NCBI GenBank assembly: GCA_963778555.1
Contig: CAVZUR010000004.1
Location: forward strand, 244,151 to 308,150
DNA from: Candidatus Moraniibacteriota bacterium
Lineage (GTDB): Bacteria > Patescibacteriota > Minisyncoccia > Moranbacterales > UBA1568
Length of the DNA stretch: 64,000 nt
Direction of reading: 5' to 3'
Below are positions 17,318 through 29,448 of this stretch, in pieces; within the stretch, counting starts at the first letter, position 1, and each line of letters begins with the position of its first letter. A model generated the notes under the pieces. It was not told where the DNA came from and made no database searches. It was given only the letters and a program-made list of their open reading frames with translations. The position numbers were made by a program, and so were the translations under genes.

Positions 17318-20300
17318 ATGGCCTTCGTCCATCTCCACACGCATTCCCACTACTCACTCCTCACGGCGCTCCCGACACCAGATGGTCTCCTCGCACGCGC
17401 GCAAGAGCTTGGCATGACGTCCTTGGCGCTCACCGATACCTCGGCGATGTACGGCGCCGTCGAATTCTACAGTCACGCGCGTGATCTCGGCATCAAGCCG
17501 ATACTCGGCGCCGAAGTCTGGGTATCAAAGGACCTCCATAGCAAGAATAATACTGCCGAAGACCGCCGCCGCAATCAGCTCGTGCTGCTCGTAAAAAATG
17601 AAATCGGGTACAAGAACCTGATGAAAATCATTTCCATTGCCCAGCTCGAGGGCTTCTATTACAAGGCCCGGACCGATAAGGCGCTCCTCCGACAGTACCA
17701 TGAGGGACTCATCGCGCTATCGGGCTCGCTCCAAGGCGAAGTTCCCGCTGAAATCCTCTATGGCAATGTGGAGCGGGCAAAGAATGTTGCGCTCGAATAT
17801 CAGTCGATTTTCGGACCCGAAAACTTCTACCTGGAAATCCAGCCTCATCTCGACTATGAAAACCAGATGATCGCCAATCAGGGGCTGATCCAAATCTCGG
17901 GTGAGACCGGCATCCCCTTGGTCGCAACCAATGATGTGCACTATCTCCACCCCGAAGACGCCGCCACGCAAGACGTCCTCCTCGCCATCCGCGACAACAA
18001 ACAGGTGACGGATACTGAGCGCTTCAGTATGAAGGCCTTCAATCTCTCGTTCCGGAGCGAGTCTGAGATGCGCGAACTCTTCCGAGACATCCCCGAGGCT
18101 ATCGACGCATACTGAAACGATTGCCCGCCAGTGTGACTTTACGCTCAAAATGGGCGAGAACCAGCTCCCCTCTTTTCCGCTCCCCGCAGGGGTGACAGCT
18201 GATCAATTCCTCCGCGAGCTCTGCCTCACCGGACTGGAGAAGCGCTACCCCGGCGAAACGATCACACCAGAGCGGCAACAACGAATGGACTATGAGCTTT
18301 CCGTCATCGCGAGCACCGGGTTTGCCTCCTACTTCCTCATCGTTCAGGATTTCGTGAACTGGGCCAAGGACAACGGCGTAGTCGTCGGTCCGGGACGCGG
18401 CTCGGCGGCCGGTTCCTTTGTCGCCTATCTGACTGGCATCACCAACCTCGATCCGATCAAATACGGACTCCTCTTCGAACGCTTCCTCAATCCGGAACGC
18501 GTCTCCATGCCCGATGTGGATATGGACTTCGCCGACACCCGCCGGGAGGACGTACTCAACTATGTCCGGCACAAATACGGCGCCGACCACGTCGCGCAAA
18601 TCATCACCTTTGGCACCATGGCCGCGCGCGGATCTATCCGCGACGTCGGCCGCGCGCTCGGCATCCCACTCGAGCTCTGCGACAAGACAGCTAAAATGAT
18701 CCCCATGTTCACCTCCATCGCGGAGGCGCTCAGCGGCGTACCCGAATTCCAAGCGCACTATAGCGGCTCGAGCGAAGTGAAGCGTCTCGTCGATGCCGCG
18801 CGGAAAATCGAGGGACTCGCCCGCCACGCTTCGATGCATGCTTGCGGTGTTGTCATCACCAAAGATCCCGTCACTGAATACACCCCACTCCAACGCGTCG
18901 CGGGTGGCGAAAATGCAGTCGTCACGCAGTACGCCGCCTCGACCAAGGCGAACGCGGTCGAAAAGATTGGCTTGCTCAAGATGGACTTCCTCGGCTTGAA
19001 AAACCTGACCATCATCGAGAACACGCTGAAGATCGCGAAGAAGATCGGCAAAGTGGTTCCGGACATCGAGAAACTGCCGCTCGATGATGCGGCCAGCTAC
19101 CAAGTCCTCCAGGACGCCCACACGACCGGCGTCTTCCAATTGGAATCGACGGGCATGAAACGCTACCTGAAACAGCTGAAGCCCACTGTTTTTGAAGACA
19201 TCATTGCCATGGTCGCTTTGTATCGGCCCGGACCGATGGAATATATCCCTGACTTCATCGCCGGCAAACACGGCACCCGTGAAGTGAAATACCTCCATCC
19301 AAAACTCGAACCGATTCTGAAGAACACCTACGGTGTCGCTGTCTATCAGGAACAGCTCATGCAGATCGCCCGCGACTTAGCTGGTTTCTCCCTCGGTGAA
19401 GCTGACGTGCTCCGGAAAGCGGTCGGCAAGAAGATCAAAGAGCTCGTCGATGGCCAACGCGTGAAATTCGTCGAGGGATGCGAACAAACCGGCGTCGGCC
19501 GTGCAATCGGTGAAAAGGTTTTCGCCTTCATTGAGCCGTTCGCCGGCTATGGCTTCAATCGTTCCCACGCTGCTTGCTATGCCCTGATCGGCTATCAGAC
19601 CGCGTACCTGAAGGCCCATTTCCCGGCGGAATTCATGGCGGCACTCCTGACCAGCGATCAGGGTGACACGGACCGCATCGCTATCGAAGTCCGTGAGGCG
19701 CGTGAAATTGGCATCGACGTTCTGCCGCCAGATGTGAATGAGAGCTTCGATACGTTCGCGGTCATCAAAAGTGACGATGGCAAAGAGCACATCCGCTTCG
19801 GCTTGAACGCGATCAAGAACGTTGGCACCGTCGCTGCCGAGGAAATCGTGAAGGAACGGAAGCGTGGCGGAAAATTCCCGTCACTCGAGAATTTCATGGA
19901 ACGCGTCCAAGCAAAGGATCTGAACAAGCGGACGATTGAAGCACTCGCCAAAGTGGGCGCCTTCGACAGTCTTTCGGAACGGAAAATTGTCCTCGACAAT
20001 CTCGATGCTATCATCACACATGGCAAGGAGCTTCGAAATCTTCGCGAAACCCACGGCCAGAGCTTGTTCGGCGATATGCCGCTCCCCGCGATGAAGATCC
20101 CCATGAAAACATCCGCGCACTCCACAAAGCCGGAGCGCCTCGCCTGGGAGAAGGAGCTGCTCGGGCTCTATGTCACTGATCACCCGATGACGGAATTCAC
20201 CGCATATCTGAAGCAGGCCGCGACCGAGATCGGGCAGCTCGAAAAAGTGCCGGATGGCAAGCGCGTCACCATCGGCGGCGTCATCACCAGCGCGCGGCGA

Positions 20301-20807
20301 TCACTCTCGAAATCCGGCCAACCGCTGTACTTCGTCACGCTCGAAGACATGAGCGGACGCATCGACATCCTCGTCTTCGGTAAGAATGCCGAACGCCTGG
20401 CCGGACTCCTCGTCGAGGACCAGATCGTGATGATCGATCTGAAGGTAGCGCACAAGGACGGCTTGCTCCGCCTCGCGGCCGATGATGTTCGACCGATGAG
20501 CCCAGAGACCATCGCAAATTTCGATCGCGTTGCCAAGACACATGAGCGTTATGAGTTCGGAAACACGGAAATACCAAAACGGCCGAGAGTGACGCTCGCC
20601 ATCTCCTGTGCGGATACAGCTAATTCCCGGCTCTTTGACGAGATTGGCAAGACGCTCCGCCGTCTCCCCGCCGGTCCGGTCAGCGTGACGCTCTGTCTGC
20701 TCAATCAAACCATCGCGACTTCCTTTTCGGTCGAGAAAAATACCGCGACTGTCGAAGCGCTCTCTGTCCTTCCGGGTGTGACCAAGGTCGAGTACCGGAC
20801 TGCCTGA
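17318..20807 (+). CDS. dnaE: DNA polymerase III alpha subunit (one frameshift at ~18105-18150)
   Basis: PHP domain MAFVHLHTHSHYSLLTALPTPDGLLARAQELGMTSLALTDTSAMYGAVEFY... (17318..18115). After the frameshift the homology continues as ...ETIARQCDFTLKMGENQLPSFPLPAGVT... in ORF 18150..20807 (885 aa, polymerase core, OB domain). Confidence 0.9.
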
Positions 20808-20858
20808 GCCTTCCCAAAAGCATTTTTTTAGGGCATACTCATCACTCAATCATCGCTC

Positions 20859-21770
20859 ATGGAAAAACCGCCCATTATCGTCATCGTCGGACCGACTGCT
20901 TCCGGCAAGTCGGCTGTGGCTATCGCGCTCGCAAGGGAGCTCGACGGCGAGATCGTATCCGTCGACAGCCGCCAAGTGTACCTGGGTATGGATATCGGCA
21001 CCGGCAAGGTGACGCGTGAAGAGCAGCGCCAGGCCCGCCACCATCTCCTCGATGTCGCCAACCCGAAAGTCGAATACAATGTCTCGCATTTTCTCGTCGA
21101 TGCGGCCAAAGCGATCGCCGATATCGAAGCCCGCAAGAAACGCGTCATCCTCTGCGGTGGAACGACATTCTGGATCGAATCTCTCATCCTCGGCCTGCCA
21201 ATCCCGAAAGTCGTCCCTGACATGGCTTTCCGCGAGAAGTGGGGCAAGAAGGACGCTGGTGAGCTCTATGGCTATCTGAAACGCCTCGACCCGGAGCGCG
21301 CGAAATTGATCGACCGGAAAAATAAGGTCCGCCTGCTCCGAGCGATCGAGATCGCCAAGGCGCTCGGCAAGGTCCCGGTCATCGACCGTTCCGCCCTCCC
21401 CGACCTGTCGCGCTATATCGTCATCGGTCTCAATCCGGCGATTGAAGAGTTGAACAAGAGCATCCGCGCCCGTTTCATCAAGCGGATGAAGGCCGGTATG
21501 CTCGATGAAGTCGTCAGACTGAACCGGGCCGGACTCTCGTATGAACGGTTGGAATCATTCGGCCTTGAATACCGGGCCCTTGTCCGCTTTCTCCAAAAAA
21601 AAATCACCGACGCCGAACTGTACGCCACTCTCCCCTACGACATCATCCACTATGCCAAACGGCAGCGCTCCTCACTCCGCCGCCTAGAAAAGCAAGGCGT
21701 CAGCATCCGCTGGGTGAAGGATGCGTCCGACGCGCTCGAAACCATAAAGAAAAAAGGGATGCCGGCGTAG
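20859..21770 (+). CDS. miaA: tRNA dimethylallyltransferase
   Basis: IVIVGPTASGKSAVAIALARELDGEIVSVDSRQVYLGMDIGTGKVTREE... matches the MiaA P-loop and DSRQ motif. Confidence 0.85.
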   Translation: MEKPPIIVIVGPTASGKSAVAIALARELDGEIVSVDSRQVYLGMDIGTGKVTREEQRQARHHLLDVANPKVEYNVSHFLVDAAKAIADIEARKKRVILCGGTTFWIESLILGLPIPKVVPDMAFREKWGKKDAGELYGYLKRLDPERAKLIDRKNKVRLLRAIEIAKALGKVPVIDRSALPDLSRYIVIGLNPAIEELNKSIRARFIKRMKAGMLDEVVRLNRAGLSYERLESFGLEYRALVRFLQKKITDAELYATLPYDIIHYAKRQRSSLRRLEKQGVSIRWVKDASDALETIKKKGMPA

Positions 21771-21817
21771 AATCACGTCCGCACCCCGTTCGCGAATTTC
21801 GCCAAACACTGACCTCA

Positions 21818-22054
21818 TCAGAAGTAAATGAGTGGTTTGTCAAGAATATCCTGCGCCTGCTGAGCCCGCTTGAGTTCTTCCGCTCTGCGCAGGGGTAGCT
21901 CAGCGACCGCTTTCCGCTCCAACTCGGCGTACCAGTCCTGGTGACTAGGTACTGGTTGACCCGGAGGCTTTCCGCCAGGCACACCGTTCCATTCGTCTGT
22001 CTTCATCTCACGCTCCAATTTCCGGGATAATTCCCGTTTAAAACCTACGCCCAA
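21818..22054 (-). CDS. Hypothetical small protein (78 aa)
   Basis: ORF only. It is charged and helical-looking, with no recognisable domain. Confidence 0.2.
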   Translation of the reverse strand: MGVGFKRELSRKLEREMKTDEWNGVPGGKPPGQPVPSHQDWYAELERKAVAELPLRRAEELKRAQQAQDILDKPLIYF

Positions 22055-22084
22055 AGGCTAGGCTTAGCAATGGCTCCACCATTT

Positions 22085-22684
22085 TTATGAAAGCCGCAGA
22101 ATGTCCGCTACGAGCTCAGGGAATTCTTCCTGAAGAAAATGGCCGCGATCTTTGAAGGTTCGGGCGGTGGCATCGGGTAGATCGCGTTGATAATCCGCCA
22201 GGCTCGAGAACGGCACGACATCATCATCCTCACTGTGATAGAGGAAAATCTTTCCTCCCTGCTTGATGAATAGCTGCTTGTCTTTTGGTGGAAGAAAGCC
22301 ACCCAGATACTCGCGCGCCCCGGTTTCGTCATAGCACGGAGCGATGAGAAACGCGGCTCGGATTGATTTCGAACACTCTTCGCTCGACAAGTACTTCGCG
22401 AGAAATGTCCCGCCGAGCGAGTGCCCGACGAGGATAACGCCATCATCCATGAGCACCATCACTTTTTCGAACCAGAGCTTCCATTGCTCATATCGAGCAT
22501 CAGCGGAGTTGGGCAGGCGCGGCGCGAAAACAGCATAGCCGGAACCAAGCGCCAACTCAAGCCCTGTCTTCCAGCCTTTCCGTTGGAAATCTTCAAGTGA
22601 AAGCGTTTCTTGTTTCAGGAATTCCAAGCAATCTTCCGGCGAACGGAACGTATCGCCACCATGAATCACGACGACTTGTTGCAT
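22085..22684 (-). CDS. Alpha/beta-hydrolase-fold serine hydrolase (RBBP9/YdeN-like)
   Basis: 199 aa with a nucleophile elbow VGHSLGG and catalytic Asp/His candidates (DDDV..., RGHF). Confidence 0.55.
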   Translation of the reverse strand: MQQVVVIHGGDTFRSPEDCLEFLKQETLSLEDFQRKGWKTGLELALGSGYAVFAPRLPNSADARYEQWKLWFEKVMVLMDDGVILVGHSLGGTFLAKYLSSEECSKSIRAAFLIAPCYDETGAREYLGGFLPPKDKQLFIKQGGKIFLYHSEDDDVVPFSSLADYQRDLPDATARTFKDRGHFLQEEFPELVADILRLS

Positions 22685-22692
22685 AGTGGAAA

Positions 22693-24168
<1,476 letters not shown>

Positions 24169-24184
24169 ATGTGTTTATGATGTG

Positions 24185-24610
24185 TCAGTGTACCCCAGTC
24201 GAGCCAAAACCTCCAGCACCTCGTGCCGTCTCACTAAGCTCGGCCACTTCTTCGATGTCCGGATGCTCGACTTTCTGGATGAGGAGCTGCGCGATTTTCT
24301 GGCCGACCTTGATTTCGAAGTCCGCTTGCCCGAGATTGATGAGACCGATCAAATATTCCCCGCGGTACCCGCTATCCAGCACACCACCGAGCGTTTTCAC
24401 ACCAAATTTGTGGGAAGGTCCGCTTTTGTCCCAGACCAGACTGACATAGCCATCTGGAAGCGCGATCGCTATCCCCGTCGGGACCGAACGCCGCTCACCA
24501 GGCGCCAGGACCATATTCTCGACGGAATACAGGTCCAGTCCCGCGTCACCCGGATGCGCGAAAGCGGGAATTTTAGCATCGGGATGGAGCTTCTGGATGG
24601 AGATCTTCAT
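24185..24610 (-). CDS. dut: dUTP diphosphatase
   Basis: ...HPGDAGLDLYS...LVWDKSGPSHKFGVKTLGGVLDSGYRGEYLIGLINLG...GFGSTG matches dUTPase motifs. Confidence 0.85.
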   Translation of the reverse strand: MKISIQKLHPDAKIPAFAHPGDAGLDLYSVENMVLAPGERRSVPTGIAIALPDGYVSLVWDKSGPSHKFGVKTLGGVLDSGYRGEYLIGLINLGQADFEIKVGQKIAQLLIQKVEHPDIEEVAELSETARGAGGFGSTGVH

Positions 24611-25299
24611 AGCAATTTTTTGACTCGCTGCCAGACCCTCTCCGCGATCGCCTCACGTGAGAGCAGTTCACCCTTTTTGGAACAATCAATACGCGTCCAC
24701 ATATTTAGTTTCTTGACGAGCCGCAACGCGTTTCCTCGGCTTTCGGCGAGATGCTTCACATTTGTCTCCGCCAAATCCTTTTGTCCTTTTTTCAAATACA
24801 CTTTTTTCCGCGTTTGTTCTTCCTGGCTAAGCAGTCGTTGCGAAATTTCAATCGGCACATCAAGGTAGACGATGGCATCCGGACGCGGCAAACCGAACAC
24901 ACCATGTTCCATCCGATCGAGCCATTCCAGAAATACCTTCTGCTTCTTGGCGTCATGAATTTTCCCGCCTTGATGAATCTGATTAGCGCTGACGTAGCGA
25001 TCCAGAACGACGATATTCCCCGCCTTGAGCCAGCCCTCTATCTTCGGTTTCGATTCGAAACGGTCGGCGGCGTAGAGGACCGAGCCGATGTGCGGGTCGA
25101 TCGAGATGAAATCACCGAAGTCGCCAGCCAAGCAGCGACCGAGAAGCCGTCCGAAATGATTCGCCTCGTACTGTGGGAAATCGAGCGTTTTCGTCCGATA
25201 CCCCCCTGCCTTCAGCCGAGCCAAGATCAATCGGGTCTGCGTCGCTTTGCCCGATCCATCAGAGCCGTCAATGACGATGAGTTTTCCGCGTTTCGCCAT
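24607..25299 (-). CDS. tmk: Thymidylate kinase
   Basis: MAKRGKLIVIDGSDGSGKATQTRLILARLKAGGYRTKTLDFPQY... matches Tmk. Confidence 0.85.
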   Translation of the reverse strand: MAKRGKLIVIDGSDGSGKATQTRLILARLKAGGYRTKTLDFPQYEANHFGRLLGRCLAGDFGDFISIDPHIGSVLYAADRFESKPKIEGWLKAGNIVVLDRYVSANQIHQGGKIHDAKKQKVFLEWLDRMEHGVFGLPRPDAIVYLDVPIEISQRLLSQEEQTRKKVYLKKGQKDLAETNVKHLAESRGNALRLVKKLNMWTRIDCSKKGELLSREAIAERVWQRVKKLL

Positions 25300-25300
25300 A

Positions 25301-25870
25301 CTATACGCGCGTAATCATGTCGACTGCCACGTCGAGCTGCGCCTGGAGCGCTTCGAGTTCGCCCTCGTTCACGATCATGAAGTCCGCCAAGGCGATCGGC
25401 GTCCCTTGGGAAAGGCGATTGAGCTGCGCCCAGTCGCGCTCTTCGGATTCCTGGAGCGAGAGCGGACGGATCGGTCGATGAATAAGCCGCTCATGCCGGA
25501 GCCGGGGCCGGGCGTGAATCGCAATCGTAAAGAACGCCTCAGAGAAATGCCGCTTCAAGACCCGGTACTCGTCGCCGCTGTACAGACTCTCCACCAGGAC
25601 CACCGGCACGGCACCGAGCGCTTCGATCTTCTTCACCACCTCCTGCGCGTAATACTCGTCGCCATGGAGATTGCGCAGGTCTTCACGCACGAGCCGTTCA
25701 TTCGCCTGATTGCGCTCCAGTCCCCGCCGCTTCATCTCATCAAACGTCACATCGCCGAAATAGACCTTTGGCCAGGCATGCTTTCCCATCAGGTATTCGA
25801 TCGCTTCGGATTTTCCGCTGCCCGGCATCCCGAGCACGGCGACGATTTTCGGCATAGTCTTACGATCCAA
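25301..25870 (-). CDS. P-loop nucleoside/nucleotide kinase of uncertain specificity (dNMP-kinase-like)
   Basis: KIVAVLGMPGSGKSEAIEYL... is a Walker A motif. The gene is 189 aa and embedded in the dcd-thyX-tmk-dut block. Confidence 0.45.
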   Translation of the reverse strand: MDRKTMPKIVAVLGMPGSGKSEAIEYLMGKHAWPKVYFGDVTFDEMKRRGLERNQANERLVREDLRNLHGDEYYAQEVVKKIEALGAVPVVLVESLYSGDEYRVLKRHFSEAFFTIAIHARPRLRHERLIHRPIRPLSLQESEERDWAQLNRLSQGTPIALADFMIVNEGELEALQAQLDVAVDMITRV

Positions 25871-25872
25871 CT

Positions 25873-27165
25873 TTATTTCTTAACGATGTCCTGCAATCCA
25901 CGCCGCACATCCCAATCATCTGGATCCAAATCGGTATGCAGCGTCACGAACGGCAGGCCCCGTCGAAGCACATGATGCATCGCATGGGCGATAGGGCGGA
26001 GTGTCGGATGGACCAGCCGGCCTGACCGAAGTTCGACGAAATATACAAGCGCCGGAAGATCAAAGGTGAAGCGGCATGGAACCTGGAATCCCATCGCGAT
26101 AAAGTATTGCCGGTCTTCCTCGGAAGTCTTCAATTTCTGTATGGCCGCCGTCTGTTGCAGGATGAGTTGATCGGCTTTTTTTCTCAGGGATTCTGGCAAT
26201 TGGTCGAGATACCAGGCGTGGAAGCCGAAGCGCGTGGTGAGGAGCGGCATCTGATAGATACTGGCGCGATGACGTTGCAAATCGCGGAATGACCCGAAAT
26301 CGAGCAAGAAATCGAACGTGTAGGTTCCGAGGCTACGCATAAAAAATGGAAGTGTCGTCTTCACTGGCCGCTCTTTCAACAATTCAATATAAGGCCTCAA
26401 GGAGGTTTTTGCGATTGAAGAGACCGAGGAAAATTTCCGGCCAAACTTCTTGGGCATGAAGTACGTATGCTTTGCTGTGACCGTTCCACGGTACGCTTCC
26501 TGCTCTTCATACAACTTGTGACTGAAGCTATTCGGATAGCGGCTCTTCAGCTGCTTCCAGATTTTTTCGGCGATTTCTCGCACCTCTTCCAGCGGGTGAT
26601 GGCGGAGCGTGGAGAGCTTATCCCAAGCCTGCCGGAGATTGGTATGCCAAGAGATTTGCGTGGTCATCCCAGCTGGGAGAAACCCGCGGAGGATATCGAA
26701 CGAGCGAGCCTTGATCGCTTTGCCATAGACTTTCTCGTCCTCACCGGGTTTGAGCGGGTACTTTTCCCGCAGGTACTGTTCCAATTCCGGGCCAGAAGAA
26801 GCATAAAAATCCAACCACCGTTTCAGTATCGCCTGCGAATATTTCGTCTTGAGTGGATCAGCGATTGCCTGCTGGCTCATGTCGATATACCGGGTGCTGG
26901 TTTCTTGTCCTGCATAGAGCGGCCAATCCTGGACCGCCTTTGCGCCCAGCATGCTGATACCTTCGATGAAGAGCGTGGTGCTGCCACAATCCGCGATGCT
27001 CTGATGCCCGTAGCCGACATAGAAACGCTCCATGAATTTCCCTGACCCGCTCGCCTTTACCTTTTCGGCATGAACGACGACGCTCTCCGCACTTCGAGAA
27101 TAGAGCGCTTGCATCATGGCGGTATCCTCCGGATTGTATTCGTCGTACAGGAATACTTTGGCCAT
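25873..27165 (-). CDS. thyX: Flavin-dependent thymidylate synthase (ThyX)-like protein, long form (430 aa)
   Basis: It contains ...FRDLQRHRASIYQ... (RHR motif) and ...ETSTRYIDM.... Its neighbours are dcd, tmk and dut. The length is about twice that of a typical ThyX. Confidence 0.5.
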   Translation of the reverse strand: MAKVFLYDEYNPEDTAMMQALYSRSAESVVVHAEKVKASGSGKFMERFYVGYGHQSIADCGSTTLFIEGISMLGAKAVQDWPLYAGQETSTRYIDMSQQAIADPLKTKYSQAILKRWLDFYASSGPELEQYLREKYPLKPGEDEKVYGKAIKARSFDILRGFLPAGMTTQISWHTNLRQAWDKLSTLRHHPLEEVREIAEKIWKQLKSRYPNSFSHKLYEEQEAYRGTVTAKHTYFMPKKFGRKFSSVSSIAKTSLRPYIELLKERPVKTTLPFFMRSLGTYTFDFLLDFGSFRDLQRHRASIYQMPLLTTRFGFHAWYLDQLPESLRKKADQLILQQTAAIQKLKTSEEDRQYFIAMGFQVPCRFTFDLPALVYFVELRSGRLVHPTLRPIAHAMHHVLRRGLPFVTLHTDLDPDDWDVRRGLQDIVKK

Positions 27166-27192
27166 AGTCGGAATCTTTACGAGTAAACGGGG

Positions 27193-27786
27193 CTAGTGCT
27201 GCTTCTTGGTGGCTTTCTTCTTCTGGGCGAAGTTGAGATGCATCTTAGAGGCAGTCGGCTTTTTGTCACCCATATACTTGGAGTTGAGACCGGCCGAACC
27301 ATACGGTCGCTCGCATGGGCTCGAGAGATATTCGAACGCCATCTGTCCGATCGGCATCCGATAGTACAGCTTGATTGGGATCTTGCCGGCATTGTAGAGC
27401 TCGAGGGTCATCTTCAGCGAATTTCCCGGATCAAGAAAGCCGGCCGTCGTGTGGATGATGAGGCCGAGGCGGCCGAGCGAGCTCTTGCCTTCGAGACGGC
27501 CGACGAGCCGATCCGAGACGCCGGTCTCCTCCAAGAGCATGCCGAGCGCGAATTCACCCGGATGGAGGATGAACGGTTCGTCGAGCGTGATATCGATCTT
27601 CTTCATCAAATCCACCGACGGGACTTTCGGATCGATGACGAAATTATTGTTGATATTGAAGATGAGGAAGTGGCGATCGAGATGCACGTCATAGCTAGCT
27701 GGCTGCACATGTTCCGCCCGATACGGTTCGATAGTAATTTCTCCGGCTTTCCGTTCTTTCTTGATGTCGCGGTCTGAGAGGATCAT
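27193..27786 (-). CDS. dcd: dCTP deaminase
   Basis: MILSDRDIKKERKAGEITIEPYRAEHVQPASYDVHLDRHFLIF... matches Dcd. It has a Lys-rich C-terminal tail. Confidence 0.85.
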   Translation of the reverse strand: MILSDRDIKKERKAGEITIEPYRAEHVQPASYDVHLDRHFLIFNINNNFVIDPKVPSVDLMKKIDITLDEPFILHPGEFALGMLLEETGVSDRLVGRLEGKSSLGRLGLIIHTTAGFLDPGNSLKMTLELYNAGKIPIKLYYRMPIGQMAFEYLSSPCERPYGSAGLNSKYMGDKKPTASKMHLNFAQKKKATKKQH

Positions 27787-27883
27787 ACGGTGTAATGGAT
27801 TATGTACTCCCCCAGTATACTGGAAAATTCCGGGTAAAGAAAAAGCCCCGTGTGGGGGCTTTTTGTGGTCTAATCGTGGTCGC

Positions 27884-28573
27884 TTATTTCGTGATGCGGA
27901 GGCCCGGACTCATGGTCGAGGTCAGGGTCATAGACTGGATGAAACGCCCCTTCAATCCTTCTGGCTTCATCTTTTCGACGGCTTCGAGGAACGTGCGGAT
28001 ATTCGCTTCGAGCGCGGCCGCCTCGAATGAGAGCTTGCCCACCACCTGATGGAGATTGCCGGTATCGTCGTTCTTGTAACTCGCTTTCTTTCCCTTCTGG
28101 AGCATCTCGACGGTCTCACCGATCTTCTGAGTGACCGTTTCGTTCTTCGGGCTCGGCATCATGCCCTTGGGTCCCAGGATCTTGGCAACGGTCGCGAGCT
28201 TGGGCATCATTTCCGGCGTCGCCAGCACGAGATCGAAGTCCGATCCCGGATTTGCCTTGCCGCTCTTGATGTCAGCAATCAACTCTTCGCCTCCGGCCAA
28301 GGCCGCGCCCGCGTCTTGGGCTTCTTTGAGTTTGGTGCTGGTCACAACAGCGACCTTTTTTGTCCGGCCAGTGCCATGCGGCAAAACGACGGTCCCGCGC
28401 ACATTCTCATCCGACTTCTTGTTCGAGATCCCGAGCCGGAAATGCATTTCCACGGATTCGTCGAATTTCGTCAGTTTGTTCGCCTGGAGAAACGCAATCG
28501 CCTCGGCAATCGTATACGCTTTGCCCACTTCCAGCTTCTCAAACGCTGCCCGATACTTTTTGCCGTGTGCCAT
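27884..28573 (-). CDS. rplA: 50S ribosomal protein L1
   Basis: MAHGKKYRAAFEKLEVGKAYTIAEAIAFLQANKLTKFDESVEMHFRLGI... The start is taken at the internal Met of ORF 27884..28618. Confidence 0.85.
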   Translation of the reverse strand: MAHGKKYRAAFEKLEVGKAYTIAEAIAFLQANKLTKFDESVEMHFRLGISNKKSDENVRGTVVLPHGTGRTKKVAVVTSTKLKEAQDAGAALAGGEELIADIKSGKANPGSDFDLVLATPEMMPKLATVAKILGPKGMMPSPKNETVTQKIGETVEMLQKGKKASYKNDDTGNLHQVVGKLSFEAAALEANIRTFLEAVEKMKPEGLKGRFIQSMTLTSTMSPGLRITK

Positions 28574-28632
28574 ATGGTTGTCGTGGTACAATCGTCCGCC
28601 TCGGGCAGACTCCCACAAATCAGTTGAATAAA

Positions 28633-28965
28633 TTATTGCCGCTCCAAACCATCTTTCAGCTTGTCCAGGTCGCTGCTACGGATTTCCCAATAGGCAAGTC
28701 GTTTTTGATCCGTTTCAGCGCCTTGTTCCTGATGGGCTTTCTCTATCTGGCTATCGAGATACGCGCTCGCCGCTTCGAAGTCCCCGTCATCGATGGCCTC
28801 CAGCGCCTGGGCCGCCTCATGCATACCGTCAAAATTCTCAGACTCGGCGCCATCATCGATCTGAGTGGTAGTCGCCTCCTTCATGAGGAAACTCTTGAGC
28901 CGGCCCACATATCTCTCCCATGCTTTTTCTTCCTCCCTGTCCTCTATTTGTTCGAAATCGGACAT
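28633..28965 (-). CDS. Acidic hypothetical protein (110 aa) inserted between rplK and rplA
   Basis: The ORF is Asp/Glu-rich (MSDFEQIEDREEEKAWERYVGRLKSFLMKE...). It has a clean start and stop and fills the rplK-rplA gap on the same strand. Confidence 0.4.
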   Translation of the reverse strand: MSDFEQIEDREEEKAWERYVGRLKSFLMKEATTTQIDDGAESENFDGMHEAAQALEAIDDGDFEAASAYLDSQIEKAHQEQGAETDQKRLAYWEIRSSDLDKLKDGLERQ

Positions 28966-29002
28966 ACGCCTCCGTTTAACGATTACGCCTTATATGTTGC
29001 GC

Positions 29003-29428
29003 TTAGCCCTCGACTTTGATGCCCATGGAACGGGCCGTGCCTTTGATGATATTGATGGCTGCGTCAACGTCGTTGGCGTTCAGGTCGGGCAGCTTCTTTT
29101 CGGCGATCTCGCGCACCTGGGCCGCGGTGACGGAGCCAGCCTTGTCCTTCAAAGGATTCGCGGCCGCTTTTTCGATTTTCGCCGCTTTCTTCAACAGGTC
29201 CGAGGCGGGCGGCGTCTTCATGACAAACGTGAATGTCCGGTCCTCGAAAATAGTGATCTCGACCGGGATGATGTCACCCATCATCGGACGGGTCGCCTCA
29301 TTGTACTTGCCGCAAAAATCCTGGATGTTCAATCCATGCGGTCCGAGGGCAGTACCAACCGGTGGGGCCGGGGTCGCCTTGCCCGCGGGGATTTGCAGCT
29401 TCACGATCGCTTTGATTGCTTTGGCCAT
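29003..29428 (-). CDS. rplK: 50S ribosomal protein L11
   Basis: [43 protein letters not shown]... matches L11. Confidence 0.9.
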   Translation of the reverse strand: MAKAIKAIVKLQIPAGKATPAPPVGTALGPHGLNIQDFCGKYNEATRPMMGDIIPVEITIFEDRTFTFVMKTPPASDLLKKAAKIEKAAANPLKDKAGSVTAAQVREIAEKKLPDLNANDVDAAINIIKGTARSMGIKVEG

Positions 29429-29448
29429 ATGCGCGTCTTATCTGGAAA

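Noticed and set aside
18099-19298. 399-aa minus-strand ORF inside dnaE
   Set aside because: It is antisense to a strongly conserved DnaE segment, and its composition is not protein-like. This is a typical long shadow ORF in GC-rich DNA.
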